From Bdellovibrionota bacterium (GTDB taxonomy: Bacteria > Bdellovibrionota_C > UBA2361 > JBIKUX01), in assembly GCA_044347345.1 (NCBI GenBank), contig JBIKUX010000005.1:32001-96000 (forward strand): 64,000 nt of DNA. The letters run 5' to 3'. The stretch's first letter is position 1; every line of letters begins with the position of its first letter. The notes under the pieces are model-generated. The model worked only from the letters and a program-made list of their open reading frames with translations, searched no databases and was not told the DNA's origin. Below are positions 41,407 to 51,945 of the stretch, in pieces. Made by a program: the position numbers and the translations under genes.

Positions 41407-42111
41407 TTATAATCCGAGATAGGATTCAATAATTCTTGAATCAGCTTTAACTTGTTTAGAACAGCCGTTAAATACGAGTTTACCAAGCTCAATTACATAA
41501 GCCCTACTGGATAGATCTAAAGCTCGTTCAATATTTTGTTCTACTAATAAGATGGTTAAGCCAGCTTTAGATAAGAGTAGTAAAGTTTCAAAAATAGCAT
41601 CAACAATAATAGGAGCTACTCCCATTGATGGCTCGTCAAGTAGGAGTAATTTAGGATTACTCATAAGTGCCCGCCCAATCGCTAACATCTGTTGCTCACC
41701 GCCAGAGAGAGTTCCAGCAATCTGAGAGCTCCGCTCTAGTAACACAGGGAACAGCGAGGTGACTCTGTCATACATCTCATTACGCTTATGTTTATCATGA
41801 ATAACATAAGACCCTAATTGCAAATTCTCAAACACAGTAAGTCTTGGAAAGACCTTGCGACCCTCTGGGACAAGAGCCATTCCTAGAGATACCCGCTTAG
41901 ATGTTTCTAAACGAGTGATATCTATCTCTGATAAAAAACACTCACCACTCCTTATAGGAATAAGACCAATTAAGGCTCGCATTAAAGTAGTTTTTCCAGC
42001 TCCGTTGGCGCCAATAATACTAACCAATTCTCCTTGAGAAACTTGTAGCGAAATAGACTCAAGTGCCGTCACTGTACCATAAGCTACAGATATACCCCTT
42101 ACATCAAGCAT
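41407..42111 (-). CDS. livF: Branched-chain amino acid ABC transporter ATPase
   Basis: GANGAGKTT, VPEGRKVF, LSGGEQQMLAIGRALM, DEPSMG. Confidence 0.93.
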   Translation of the reverse strand: MLDVRGISVAYGTVTALESISLQVSQGELVSIIGANGAGKTTLMRALIGLIPIRSGECFLSEIDITRLETSKRVSLGMALVPEGRKVFPRLTVFENLQLGSYVIHDKHKRNEMYDRVTSLFPVLLERSSQIAGTLSGGEQQMLAIGRALMSNPKLLLLDEPSMGVAPIIVDAIFETLLLLSKAGLTILLVEQNIERALDLSSRAYVIELGKLVFNGCSKQVKADSRIIESYLGL

Positions 42112-42124
42112 ACAGAAACTCTAT

Positions 42125-43243
42125 CTACTTAATCTTACTTTCCCGCTTACCAAGGTATGCCTCTATTACCTCCGGATGAGAAGCTATTTCTTCAGGAGAA
42201 CCTGACGCTATTAACCGGCCATAATTAAGCACATTAATGTAATCAGAAATCCCCATAACAACTTTCATATGATGCTCAATAAGAGCTACTGTCACACCAG
42301 TCTCATTAATAGCACGTAATACCCCCATTAGCTGCAAGATCTCAACCGGATTCATCCCAGCCGCAGGTTCATCGAGAAGAAGAATTGAGGGAGACGTACC
42401 TAAAGCTCGAGCTATCTCTACACGTCTCCTTTGCCCGTAAGAAAGCACAGAGATATCCTTATCACTAACATCAGATAAGCCCACTACTTTTAAAAGATCA
42501 TCAGCATGATGCGCAGCCCATGAAATTTCGCTCCGTAACGATGACGAAAGAAGGGTGTTACGCCACCATCTACGCAACCAAGATATTTCTCGCCAAGACC
42601 CTTCTCGCCAAGATTCTGCTCTGTCGTTTAGTGACATTCCTAACATTACATTTTCCCGTACCGAATGGCCGGCAATAAGCCTTATATTCTGAAATGTCCT
42701 TGCTACTCCTAATGTCGATAACACCTCAGGGCTAATGACGTTACGGCGCCAAATTATGTATCCACCAGCACCCCCAATTATTCCACCAACTAAGGGCGGC
42801 AGTAGCACAGAATACCAATGCGTCGAGCTAAAATAGTTTAAAAAACGGGCAAAGGCATTGACCCAAGAAAATGGTTCAAGATATCGGTACTGAGATACAA
42901 TTACATGCTCCCAAAGAGGCACCAGGTGAAAAAGAAAAACAAAAAATAACCCCGATAGAGACGCAAAAAAACAGATCCGAAGTAATACTTTTAAGTCGAA
43001 AGAACGGCTCGCTAATACACCATTAACTAATACAGAACCTTCTGACGGCGGATGTACTCCAGTAATCGCATTAAAAAGAGAGGTTTTTCCAGCCCCATTC
43101 GGGCCAATAATTGAGGTGATTTTACCGTGAGGTACGTTTAATGACACGTTATTAACGGCAGTAAGACCGCCGAAACAAACCTTTAAATTAACAACCGATA
43201 ATGCAAAAGTTGGTGATGACGACATAATCATAACCCTAAGCAC
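42125..43243 (-). CDS. livG: Branched-chain amino acid ABC transporter ATPase with hydrophobic insertion
   Basis: GPNGAGKT, GVARTFQNIRL, LSYGQRRRVEIARAL, DEPAAG, EAYLG. Confidence 0.9.
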   Translation of the reverse strand: MLRVMIMSSSPTFALSVVNLKVCFGGLTAVNNVSLNVPHGKITSIIGPNGAGKTSLFNAITGVHPPSEGSVLVNGVLASRSFDLKVLLRICFFASLSGLFFVFLFHLVPLWEHVIVSQYRYLEPFSWVNAFARFLNYFSSTHWYSVLLPPLVGGIIGGAGGYIIWRRNVISPEVLSTLGVARTFQNIRLIAGHSVRENVMLGMSLNDRAESWREGSWREISWLRRWWRNTLLSSSLRSEISWAAHHADDLLKVVGLSDVSDKDISVLSYGQRRRVEIARALGTSPSILLLDEPAAGMNPVEILQLMGVLRAINETGVTVALIEHHMKVVMGISDYINVLNYGRLIASGSPEEIASHPEVIEAYLGKRESKIK

Positions 43244-44309
43244 CCATACCCATTTTTCGCTCAGGTGGAAGCAATCCCTCAGGCCGCCACCTGATCATTA
43301 AAATAAGAGCTAGTCCAAACACAAAATATTTCCAATTGTTTGGCGATGCATACACAGAGCCTCCCGCTACTACCCCTTGCACAGATAGTAACCGCGTTAA
43401 CCATCCAAGGAATAATGAGGTAAATCCCACGACTAATGCAGTCCCTAAAACGCTGCCCACAAGACTGCCCAGACCTCCAGTTATCACTATACACAAGGCG
43501 ATAATAGATACTTGAAAATCAAAGTTACTCGGCTCACCACTAGTACCGAGCGAAGCCGCCCACAATGCCCCAGATAATGACGCTAGTGCCGCCCCAAGAA
43601 ATAGAGCTCGCATTTTATTTTTTGTCACCGATATCTTCATACAACCGGCAACAATTTCATCAAGTGCCACTGATCTCCAAGACATTCCTTGAGGCGAGCG
43701 CTCGATATTAGCGATTGCCCAAGTGATAAAAAATACCATAACGCAAAGTGTGTAATACCATAGTACGGGGCTGCCGGTTACAAGCGATATCCCGAACAAT
43801 TCGGGAGAAGGTAAGGGAGAAATACCTTGCGTGCCTTTGGTAATAACTTCAAGGTTCTTCAAAATATCCTGAACTATTTCACCAAATCCTAAGGTAACAA
43901 TAGCTAAATAATCTCCTCTTAATCTGAGGGTAGGAATCCCCAAAAAACAGCCAAACGCGCCTCCAAAAAGCCATGCTATAATCAGAGCTAACCACCCATT
44001 CAACTGAAAGGGATAAATTTGAGCGGTAAGAATAGCATAACTATAGGAACCTATAGCCATAAATGCGGCGATACCTAAATGAAGCAATCCGGTAATACCA
44101 GTTATTATGTGCAAAGAAAGACCAAGAAGAGTAAAAATGAGAATGTTCTGAACCGGTCGAATAAAATTACCATTCGCCGCAAATATAATATCTATTAGTG
44201 GTAAAAAAGAGAGAAACAAAGCATAGAGCAAGCCAGCTTTACGATGCGAAAACCTCGGAATCCCTGAATCGTCCAAACGCTCTGAAAATATTGCCATCAA
44301 GTACGCCAC
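43236..44309 (-). CDS. livM: Branched-chain amino acid ABC transporter permease
   Basis: LRLRGDYLAIVTLGFGE, GGLGS, RPEGL. Confidence 0.92.
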   Translation of the reverse strand: MAYLMAIFSERLDDSGIPRFSHRKAGLLYALFLSFLPLIDIIFAANGNFIRPVQNILIFTLLGLSLHIITGITGLLHLGIAAFMAIGSYSYAILTAQIYPFQLNGWLALIIAWLFGGAFGCFLGIPTLRLRGDYLAIVTLGFGEIVQDILKNLEVITKGTQGISPLPSPELFGISLVTGSPVLWYYTLCVMVFFITWAIANIERSPQGMSWRSVALDEIVAGCMKISVTKNKMRALFLGAALASLSGALWAASLGTSGEPSNFDFQVSIIALCIVITGGLGSLVGSVLGTALVVGFTSLFLGWLTRLLSVQGVVAGGSVYASPNNWKYFVFGLALILMIRWRPEGLLPPERKMGMGA

Positions 44310-46558
44310 TACACTTTTTCTTTAATTTCACTACCCATTATGCCCCCAGGCCTGAATATCAAAACGGCTATAAGCACGGAAAATACCACAACATTAGTCC
44401 AGCTAGTTGCAATATAGTGATCACTAAAAGCCCGCAGAACACCGATCAACAAGCCGCCAATACAGGCACCAAAAAGGCTTCCAATACCACCAAGAACCGC
44501 AGCGACAAAGGCGTCCATTCCTACTCTGTAGCCCATCTGAAAAAAAACTGTGCCGTTAAACAAGGCGTACGCTGTCGATGCTACTCCAGCAAGAGCGCCA
44601 CCAAGAAAAAAAGTGCGGGAAATTATTTTATCGACAGGGATACCCATTAACCGAGCCGCATCTACATTTTGTGCAACTGCTCGCATCGCCATACCCGTTT
44701 TAGAGTATTTGATAAAAATGGATAGAGATAATAGCAGTGGAATCGTGATAACTGTCACCAAAAGATCTCGAGTGGTAAATGTAAGCCCTGACCCTGCGCT
44801 GAAAAGATTAACTGAAGAAAACAACGTTGGAAAATTCTTTGGAGCTGATGCAGCGTGCCCATTATCAAATACTTCAAGTGGCAAACCGCCCCAAAAAAGG
44901 CCGATATTGAGAAAAATAAAAGACACCCCTATTGCCGACACCAGCGGGGCTAAGCGAGAGGACTGCCTTCTCAGAGGACGATAAGCATAACGCTCAACCA
45001 AACAATTTAAACCACCAGTAAATAAAGGAACTAGTACCACTAACAGTATCCAAGTCAAAGGAGATGTTGAACCGAATATGCCGACAATCGTTAAAGCTAA
45101 AAATGCCCCAAGCATAAACAAATCACCGTGAGCAAAGTTAATAAGCTCAATGATGCCGTATACCATAGTGTACCCGAGCGCAATCAGCGCTATTATTGCA
45201 CCATTAGAGAGCCCGGTTATAATCTGCTGGCGCAGTGTAGCTGAATTCGAAAATGCTGCCTCCTGAAAAGAGCCAACATCCTGAAAAGAGCTAACGGCTG
45301 CCTCATCAGTAGTATTTCTATTTGCAGCGGCAGGAGGAGTCACTATTTTACTCAAAAGAGAGTCATCTAGCAGCTCAACAAAATAAAAATTACCATTTTT
45401 TATGCCATTAAGACTCATCGTCTTAAGAGAAATATCACCGCTATCTTCAAAACTCCAAGTACCTAAGGCACCAGTGAAATCTTTGATATTCCGAACTTCT
45501 GCTATAATCTTACGCCTGTCTGCACTCTTAGCTCTGCGAAGACCTTCCAGAACTACCTTTGCAGCCTCATAACCATAAATTGCAAATGCCTCTGGCTGGA
45601 CGCCAAAGGTTGCTAGATATTTCTTCACAAAAACTGCACCTAGCCCCGTCAATTTTTGAGGCGGAAGACCGCCGAAGGTAAAAAAAGTATTTCCCTCCAA
45701 AACAGCAGCTCCAGCAGATGAAATAAAAGCCTGCTCAAAGCATCCATCTGGAACTATTAAAGTTGCGGTCACGCCGGAGTTACGCAAATCTTTTGCCAGT
45801 TGACCCCCGTTAGTTTGCGTAGTGCCACCGTAGTAAACAATATCCGTTCCTCGACCACGAAGTAATGTAGCTAATGCCCTATAGTTAGAAGCCTTAGAAT
45901 CAATGCCTTCATAACCTACTACTGAACCTCCGCGCATTTTAAACTCACGGGCGAAAAGATCCGCTAAGCCCTTACCGTAAAGCTCTCTATCATGAATAAC
46001 AAAGGCTCTATGTTTTCCTTGGGCACGCGCCCATTGAGCCGCTCGAGGGCCCTGAATATCGTCAGTAGGAAATACTCTAAAATAAGTTACCTCACCACTC
46101 GGTCGGTAAACCAAGGGTTCGCTAGCTTCACCGAATCCAGGTTTAGTCAAACCTGGCCAGGAATTAGCCGGGCTAACCATAAGCAGCGGTGCTCGGTTAA
46201 GTTTAGGCATTGAAATTTTTGCAGCACCTGAGTTGTAGGTTCCAATGTAGGCTATAACACGAGGGTTAGCTATGGCACGATCAGCATTAGCGCCCTCAAC
46301 TGCTGGATCCCAAGCTCCACGCTCAGGAGTAGCGTCATCCCAATCTTCGTAACGAATATCAAATTGAGATAAAGATGAACGCTCTTCCTCTATGGCAAGT
46401 GTAATACCATTAACTATTGCTGAGGTTTGTGAGTGCACACTTCCAGTTCTCGGCAAACTTGATACAATAATTACTTGATTATCGATTGCGTAACCGACTT
46501 GGAGAAAAATCAAGGTAGATAAAAGAGATAAAGTTAAGAGAAAAAAAATTGCTCTCAT
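44309..46558 (-). CDS. Fused LivK-type substrate-binding protein and LivH-type permease
   Basis: N-terminal IGTYNSG, FRV.PTDDIQG, YGYEA; C-terminal ALGYTMVYGIIELINFAHG, GMAMRAVAQN, VLGGIGS. Confidence 0.92.
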   Translation of the reverse strand: MRAIFFLLTLSLLSTLIFLQVGYAIDNQVIIVSSLPRTGSVHSQTSAIVNGITLAIEEERSSLSQFDIRYEDWDDATPERGAWDPAVEGANADRAIANPRVIAYIGTYNSGAAKISMPKLNRAPLLMVSPANSWPGLTKPGFGEASEPLVYRPSGEVTYFRVFPTDDIQGPRAAQWARAQGKHRAFVIHDRELYGKGLADLFAREFKMRGGSVVGYEGIDSKASNYRALATLLRGRGTDIVYYGGTTQTNGGQLAKDLRNSGVTATLIVPDGCFEQAFISSAGAAVLEGNTFFTFGGLPPQKLTGLGAVFVKKYLATFGVQPEAFAIYGYEAAKVVLEGLRRAKSADRRKIIAEVRNIKDFTGALGTWSFEDSGDISLKTMSLNGIKNGNFYFVELLDDSLLSKIVTPPAAANRNTTDEAAVSSFQDVGSFQEAAFSNSATLRQQIITGLSNGAIIALIALGYTMVYGIIELINFAHGDLFMLGAFLALTIVGIFGSTSPLTWILLVVLVPLFTGGLNCLVERYAYRPLRRQSSRLAPLVSAIGVSFIFLNIGLFWGGLPLEVFDNGHAASAPKNFPTLFSSVNLFSAGSGLTFTTRDLLVTVITIPLLLSLSIFIKYSKTGMAMRAVAQNVDAARLMGIPVDKIISRTFFLGGALAGVASTAYALFNGTVFFQMGYRVGMDAFVAAVLGGIGSLFGACIGGLLIGVLRAFSDHYIATSWTNVVVFSVLIAVLIFRPGGIMGSEIKEKV

Positions 46559-46621
46559 TGTTCTATAACAAACCCCTGTTCTACCGTTACATAATTTCGC
46601 AGTTATTAATACTGATCTACT

Positions 46622-47401
46622 TTAGAAAACTTTATTTTTACCTACTGCTACAGTCGTATTTGGAGGAATAGACGAAACCACCCAAGCGTTACCACCAATC
46701 ACGGAATCATGCCCAATAATAGTATCACCGCCAAGCACAGTAGCGTTAGCGTAAATTATAACTCTATCTTGAACAGTCGGATGTCGTTTTTTACTTGCTT
46801 GCTCTTTTGATACAGAGAGCGCCCCTAAAGTCACCCCCTGATAAATCTGCACTCTATCTCCGATTGTTGTAGTCTGTCCGATAACAACTCCAGTGCCGTG
46901 ATCAATTGAAAAACCTTTACCGACCGTAGCCCCGGGATGAATATCAATACCAGTTCTTTCATGGGCATAATATGAAATAATACGTGGAACAAGCGGCAAT
47001 CCTTTAAGATACAAAAGATGCGCTATTCGGTAAAACGCTATTGCTACAAATCCTGGGTAGCACAGAATAACTTCTTCTACTGATGTAGCCGCCGGATCCT
47101 GCTCAAATTGAGCCTCTGCGTCTAACATTAAAGCTTGGTGTAGAGCTTGCAAATTATCCCAAAAAAAATCCAACGCCTCCTTGTTACTCTTCGAAGAAGG
47201 AATTTTAGTTTGTACACTCTGAATTAACGCACCTAAAAGAACTTTTATTTCACTCTCCTGAAGCCGCCTTTTTCTTCCTATAGGAAAAAGAAAACTAAAT
47301 AATTCATCAACAAATAGCCGGACATCTGCAACAGAGAGAGTCACAGCAGACACGCTTTTATTAACATCAGATAAATCATCAGATACACGCATCGGAATCA
47401 T
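46622..47401 (-). CDS. cysE: Serine O-acetyltransferase (EpsC-type)
   Basis: DPAA, TGIDIHPGA, IDHGTGVVIG, YQGVTLG, KRHPT. Confidence 0.93.
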   Translation of the reverse strand: MIPMRVSDDLSDVNKSVSAVTLSVADVRLFVDELFSFLFPIGRKRRLQESEIKVLLGALIQSVQTKIPSSKSNKEALDFFWDNLQALHQALMLDAEAQFEQDPAATSVEEVILCYPGFVAIAFYRIAHLLYLKGLPLVPRIISYYAHERTGIDIHPGATVGKGFSIDHGTGVVIGQTTTIGDRVQIYQGVTLGALSVSKEQASKKRHPTVQDRVIIYANATVLGGDTIIGHDSVIGGNAWVVSSIPPNTTVAVGKNKVF

Positions 47402-47408
47402 TGCTTAA

Positions 47409-48176
47409 TTAACCAAATTTTCTAGTCACATAATTTAAAGTTTCACAATCTTTCGGTGACGAAAAAATCTGCCCTGTCTCACCATATTCACGAAGTGAGC
47501 CATCTAGAAAAAAGGCAGTATTATCCGCTAACCGCTCCGCTTGACCTAAATTATGAGTAACCATAATTAGTGATACAGATTTTTTTAAATTAGTCAGTAG
47601 CTCCTCAATTCGAGCAGTAGAACGTGGATCAAGAGCAGAGGTGGGTTCATCTAAAAGAAGCACAGAAGGTCTTACCGCCAAAGCTCTGGCTATACATAGG
47701 CGCTGCTGCTGACCTCCTGACAAGGTAAGAGCAGATGAATGCAATCGGTCTTTGACCTCGGAAAAAAGTTCGGCCGATTCTAAGGCCTGTTCAACTCTTT
47801 GCTCTAATTCTCCGCGCTGCTTTATCCCGTGAAGACGAAGACCAAAGGCAATGTTTTCAAAAACACTTTTCGGGAATGGATTGGGCTTTTGAAATACCAT
47901 TCCTATCTCTCTTCGTAATAGTACTGGGTCAGGATCAGCTAAGATGTTTCTTCCAGCAAAATAAATCGCTCCTGAAACGCTCATCCCCAAAACTTCATCG
48001 TGCATTCTATTTATTGCCCGTAGGAAGGTAGATTTTCCGCACCCTGAAGGTCCAATAATTGCAAAAAGTAGTTGCTTAGGAATAGTTACTGATACATTCG
48101 ATAGGATAGTTTTAGTATAAAACTTTACCGATAAATCTTTTATGGAAAGCACTGTTTGAGCTGAATTCAGAATCAC
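47409..48176 (-). CDS. pstB: Phosphate ABC transporter ATPase
   Basis: GPSGCGKST, GMVFQKPNPF, LSGGQQQRLCIAR. Confidence 0.95.
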   Translation of the reverse strand: MILNSAQTVLSIKDLSVKFYTKTILSNVSVTIPKQLLFAIIGPSGCGKSTFLRAINRMHDEVLGMSVSGAIYFAGRNILADPDPVLLRREIGMVFQKPNPFPKSVFENIAFGLRLHGIKQRGELEQRVEQALESAELFSEVKDRLHSSALTLSGGQQQRLCIARALAVRPSVLLLDEPTSALDPRSTARIEELLTNLKKSVSLIMVTHNLGQAERLADNTAFFLDGSLREYGETGQIFSSPKDCETLNYVTRKFG

Positions 48177-48209
48177 AACTTATCTTTTTAGTTAAGCATA
48201 TTGAAAATT

Positions 48210-49064
48210 TTAACCCCTCGAAGAGTATATATATCTAATACTCCAGGAAATACCGTTTAAGATAGCTACAAGCGCAAGTAATAACATAATAGTTGAGGCA
48301 GCAATTACATGGAATGCCTCCTGCGGACGATTAAGCCAAGAAAATACTGCTAGCGGAAGAGCCGTAAAGCTATCCAACAGACTTGTTGGCACAAATCCGA
48401 TATAAGCGTAAGCTCCAATTGCAAGTAGTGGCGCAGTTTCACCAATAACTCTAGCAAATGCTAGAAAGCAACCGGTAAAAATAGCGGGAGTTGCGGCTGG
48501 CAACAAATGACTTGTAATTACTTGCCACCGCGAAGCCCCTAAAGCCAGTGCTCCCTCTCTAACTCCAACAGGTATTTGCCTGAGTGCTTCTCTTGCTATG
48601 GTAATAACAACTGGAAGAACTAGAAGAGAAAGCGTGAGTGCTGCCGCTAGAATACTCCGACCTAAACTCATTTGACGAACAAAAAAATGCAATCCTAATA
48701 ATCCAAATAGAATGGAAGGAGTTCCTGCTAAAGTTATCAGATTAATCTCCATCAACCGTGCAAGCTGTGGTGGTGGCGAATATTCCTCCAAATATAAAGC
48801 TGTAGCAAGGGCTAAGGGCGTTGCTATAAAAATAGTGAGAAGCACTAGAGCTAGTGACCCAATAAGAGCAGGTAATACACCAGCTCTATGAGGGCTTGGT
48901 GACGGAAAACCGAGAAGAAAACTTAAGGTTATCCCCTCTGTGCCTCTTACAAAAATCTGAATCAATAAAAAAGCGAATACTCCCAGCACTCCAATTAGAA
49001 GACTCAGAGCAACAAACTTAAACAGGCTCTCAAAAAAAAGGTGAGGTCTATTGATAATAGTCAC
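48210..49064 (-). CDS. pstA: Phosphate ABC transporter permease
   Basis: LAGTPSILFGLLG, ARVIGETAPL; operon context. Confidence 0.93.
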   Translation of the reverse strand: MTIINRPHLFFESLFKFVALSLLIGVLGVFAFLLIQIFVRGTEGITLSFLLGFPSPSPHRAGVLPALIGSLALVLLTIFIATPLALATALYLEEYSPPPQLARLMEINLITLAGTPSILFGLLGLHFFVRQMSLGRSILAAALTLSLLVLPVVITIAREALRQIPVGVREGALALGASRWQVITSHLLPAATPAIFTGCFLAFARVIGETAPLLAIGAYAYIGFVPTSLLDSFTALPLAVFSWLNRPQEAFHVIAASTIMLLLALVAILNGISWSIRYIYSSRG

Positions 49065-49135
49065 AATTTTAAGCTCGCAAGAAAGAAACCAAAGTTACTG
49101 ATATGCACAACTTACTTTCAACAAACCTATTGTTA

Positions 49136-50020
49136 TTAGTTATTTCGCTCAACTGTACCCCTCAACCAAACTACAATACCATTAACCAATAAAGTTAAAA
49201 AAAATAATCCCGCTGCAACGACAAATATTGACCTATATTCAAGTGAATCCTGAGAAATATCTCCCAGAGAGACCTTTGCAATATAGGTAGTCATTGTTTC
49301 CACCGAGGAGAAAGGATTAAACGTCAAACTTGCCTGCTGGCCAGCAGCCATGGTGACAATCATAGTTTCACCGATAGCCCGCGCTAAGCCAAGTAAAATT
49401 CCAACAAATATTCCGTCCTTTGCAGCCGGAACAACAATATGTGTAATTACTGAAAGACGACTAGCTCCAAGAGCACTAGCTGCTTCTCGAAGTGAGATAG
49501 GCACAGCTCGTAACGCATCTGAAGACACTGCTACGATAGTTGGAAGTATCATTAAACCCATCACCATGCCAGGGCTTAGCGCGTTAAAAGCGGGTAAATT
49601 GGGAAAAATCAATTGAAGTAAAGGAGTAACAGAAGTTAGTGCGAAATAACCCAAGACTACTGTCGGGATACCAGCAAACAATTCAATTATAAAACGTGCA
49701 ATTTTAACAAATCTAGTGGTAGGTAACTCAGAAAGATAGACTGACAAAACTATACCAATAGGGGTTGCTACAAAGAGTGCTATCATGGATGTTAAGCATG
49801 TTCCTGATAAAAGTGGCCAAATACCATAACGCTTTTCTGAAAAAAGTGGCGTCCATACAGAGTCAAGAAAAAATGCTGAAAAAGAAACTGACTTAAAAAA
49901 GAGTGCGGCCTGCCAGAGGAGTACAACTACTGTAGTCACCGTTATAAAGAGTGTAAAAGAGGCAATACTTGCAAGCATTGGACGAATAAAATAACGTTCA
50001 ACCTTGTAGCTAGAGCTCAT
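49136..50020 (-). CDS. pstC: Phosphate ABC transporter permease
   Basis: AGIPTVVLG, ARAIGETM; operon context. Confidence 0.93.
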   Translation of the reverse strand: MSSSYKVERYFIRPMLASIASFTLFITVTTVVVLLWQAALFFKSVSFSAFFLDSVWTPLFSEKRYGIWPLLSGTCLTSMIALFVATPIGIVLSVYLSELPTTRFVKIARFIIELFAGIPTVVLGYFALTSVTPLLQLIFPNLPAFNALSPGMVMGLMILPTIVAVSSDALRAVPISLREAASALGASRLSVITHIVVPAAKDGIFVGILLGLARAIGETMIVTMAAGQQASLTFNPFSSVETMTTYIAKVSLGDISQDSLEYRSIFVVAAGLFFLTLLVNGIVVWLRGTVERNN

Positions 50021-50024
50021 AAAT

Positions 50025-50068
50025 TTTCCTATGGTGCTTATTTCCGACGGTGCTTATTTCCTACGGTG
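50025..50068. repeat. 16-bp tandem repeat x ~2.75 filling the pstS-pstC gap
   Basis: TTTCCTATGGTGCTTA / TTTCCGACGGTGCTTA / TTTCCTACGGTG. Confidence 0.9.
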
Positions 50069-51161
50069 ATGGCACGAGCGAATTTTGCAGAGGAAGTAAC
50101 CCAACTTCTGTGGCTAACCTGTTTCTATTGGCTCTTATAAAAGTCATAAACCGATCTACTATTTTCAATTTTTTGGGATTACCCCCTTGAGAAATGGGGT
50201 CTTTCTGAGAAGTTTGGTAGTAAATAAATAGTGGCCTAGTAAGTGGCGCATAGTCACCAGAGGCTACAGATTCATAAGACGGAAGTACGAACTTTTTTAT
50301 TGGTGGGCGAGGATCTTGAACAAAAGAGTTCGCCTGTGATTTTACCACTCCTGCAATACTTTTTTGCTCAATTGTATTTTGTTCTACGATCTTTTGTTCT
50401 AAGATCTTTTGTTCTATTGCTACTGCTCTTAGCTTGTCTCTTTGCGCAAAATAATAAGAATATCCCAGATACCCTAATGCATATTTATTCCGCGATACAG
50501 CCGAAACAATTAAATTGTCATCTTCGCTACTGGTAAAATCACTCCTTGTTGCACCCGCAGTACCGACTACTACCTTTGTGAAAAAATCAAAGGTACCTGA
50601 ATCAATACCAGGACCAAATAGATTAATCGGAGTGTCAGGCCAATTAGAACGAATATCTCGCCAATTTTTAATTTTGTGTGCTTTATATCTAGGTGCTGGC
50701 TGCCAAAGTGACTTTAGCTCGTCAAGAGTTAATTCATAAGCCCAATCGTTATCACGATTAACGACTATAGCTATTGCATCAAGCGCTACTGTCTCCTGCT
50801 TAAAATTAATTCCGCGAATTTTACAATCATTAGCCTCCTGAGATTTCATCTCACGAGAAGCTTGCGCTAAATCTATCTCACCTCGACAAAACCGCTTCAG
50901 TCCACCACCTGTACCTGACACCCCTACGGCCACTCTAATATCGGGCATTTCTTTAAGAACTGCCTCGGCAGCCGCCTCCATAAGTGGATACACCGTGCTT
51001 GACCCATCTATCCTTAGTTCGGGAAAATTATTAACACCGATACCAATCTGACCAATAAATAAGGTCGCCAAAAGGGATGCATATACAACTACCACCAGAC
51101 CAATAAGAAAGGTTTTCATCAGATTTAAAAGACTACTTTTTAGCTCTTCGGTCTTGAACAT
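50061..51161 (-). CDS. pstS: Phosphate-binding protein (true start probably ATG at 51119)
   Basis: IDGSSTVYP, SGTGGG, DSGTFDFF, SEDDN, YAPLTRPLFIY. Confidence 0.93.
   Translation of the reverse strand: MFKTEELKSSLLNLMKTFLIGLVVVVYASLLATLFIGQIGIGVNNFPELRIDGSSTVYPLMEAAAEAVLKEMPDIRVAVGVSGTGGGLKRFCRGEIDLAQASREMKSQEANDCKIRGINFKQETVALDAIAIVVNRDNDWAYELTLDELKSLWQPAPRYKAHKIKNWRDIRSNWPDTPINLFGPGIDSGTFDFFTKVVVGTAGATRSDFTSSEDDNLIVSAVSRNKYALGYLGYSYYFAQRDKLRAVAIEQKILEQKIVEQNTIEQKSIAGVVKSQANSFVQDPRPPIKKFVLPSYESVASGDYAPLTRPLFIYYQTSQKDPISQGGNPKKLKIVDRFMTFIRANRNRLATEVGLLPLQNSLVPSP
50362..50421. repeat. In-frame 15-bp tandem repeat x4 (EQKIL)
   Basis: TTTTGTTCTA(C/A)GATC units; protein IEQKILEQKIVEQNTIEQKSI. 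Confidence 0.88.
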
Positions 51162-51897
51162 CTATGTCACTTGGAAAAGATGCTTCAAAAAAATCTGACG
51201 GCAACTTTGGCTCGATAACTAAATCACGAAGTAAAATTGCAGTCTCATTTCCTCCAACATCAAGTGTCTTAGCACCTACAGGCAGATACGTAGAGCTACC
51301 AATTAGGAGTGTAAACATCCTTAGTTGTTCGTCTTTACTACCGTTAGTTACTCCCTTGATCTTAGGAAGAAGCTTTAGCACGATCCCATCAAAATTCCTA
51401 CAGCCACTATCTGCAATAAACTGCTCCTTTAGAGAGCCAATACCCATCAGAAAAGCAACAGGAAGCTCCGATAGTAACATCTGCTCCATTTTATCGATTA
51501 ATAGCTGTTTTTCCCTAGGCTGATACAGCCAGAAGGTGCTATCAGCAATTAGAAAAGTTTGAGGCTCAGGCTTAGAGTACTCCCACCGCATTTTTCCTGG
51601 CTTAGCAAAAACAACTGTCCCACCACTTTGTTCACTTATTTCCAGCGCCTTTAAAAATGAATCTTGTTCAAAGGATGCTCGCAAGGCGGCTATTCCCTCG
51701 TATCGTTCTTGCGTCTTATTTAGAGCCTCCTGTAGCTCTGAGCTAGAGAGCCGATTATCACTGTTAGGCTCACACAAAAATTCTCGAGGCTCTGCTCGAG
51801 CTGCTGAGATAACAAAAAAATTGCTCAAAAGAACCAGTCCGGTAACTATGATGTAAACAGAATTACCAATTACTTTGAACCAATTTAAAACAAACAT
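51133..51897 (-). CDS. lolA: Outer-membrane lipoprotein carrier LolA family protein
   Basis: ASFEQ, KPGKMRWEY..PEPQ; downstream of ftsK. Confidence 0.85.
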   Translation of the reverse strand: MFVLNWFKVIGNSVYIIVTGLVLLSNFFVISAARAEPREFLCEPNSDNRLSSSELQEALNKTQERYEGIAALRASFEQDSFLKALEISEQSGGTVVFAKPGKMRWEYSKPEPQTFLIADSTFWLYQPREKQLLIDKMEQMLLSELPVAFLMGIGSLKEQFIADSGCRNFDGIVLKLLPKIKGVTNGSKDEQLRMFTLLIGSSTYLPVGAKTLDVGGNETAILLRDLVIEPKLPSDFFEASFPSDIDVQDRRAKK

Positions 51898-51945
51898 ACA
51901 TCCACCGCTTGATAGTTTAACAACGAGAGTGCTTTTTAATATTTT

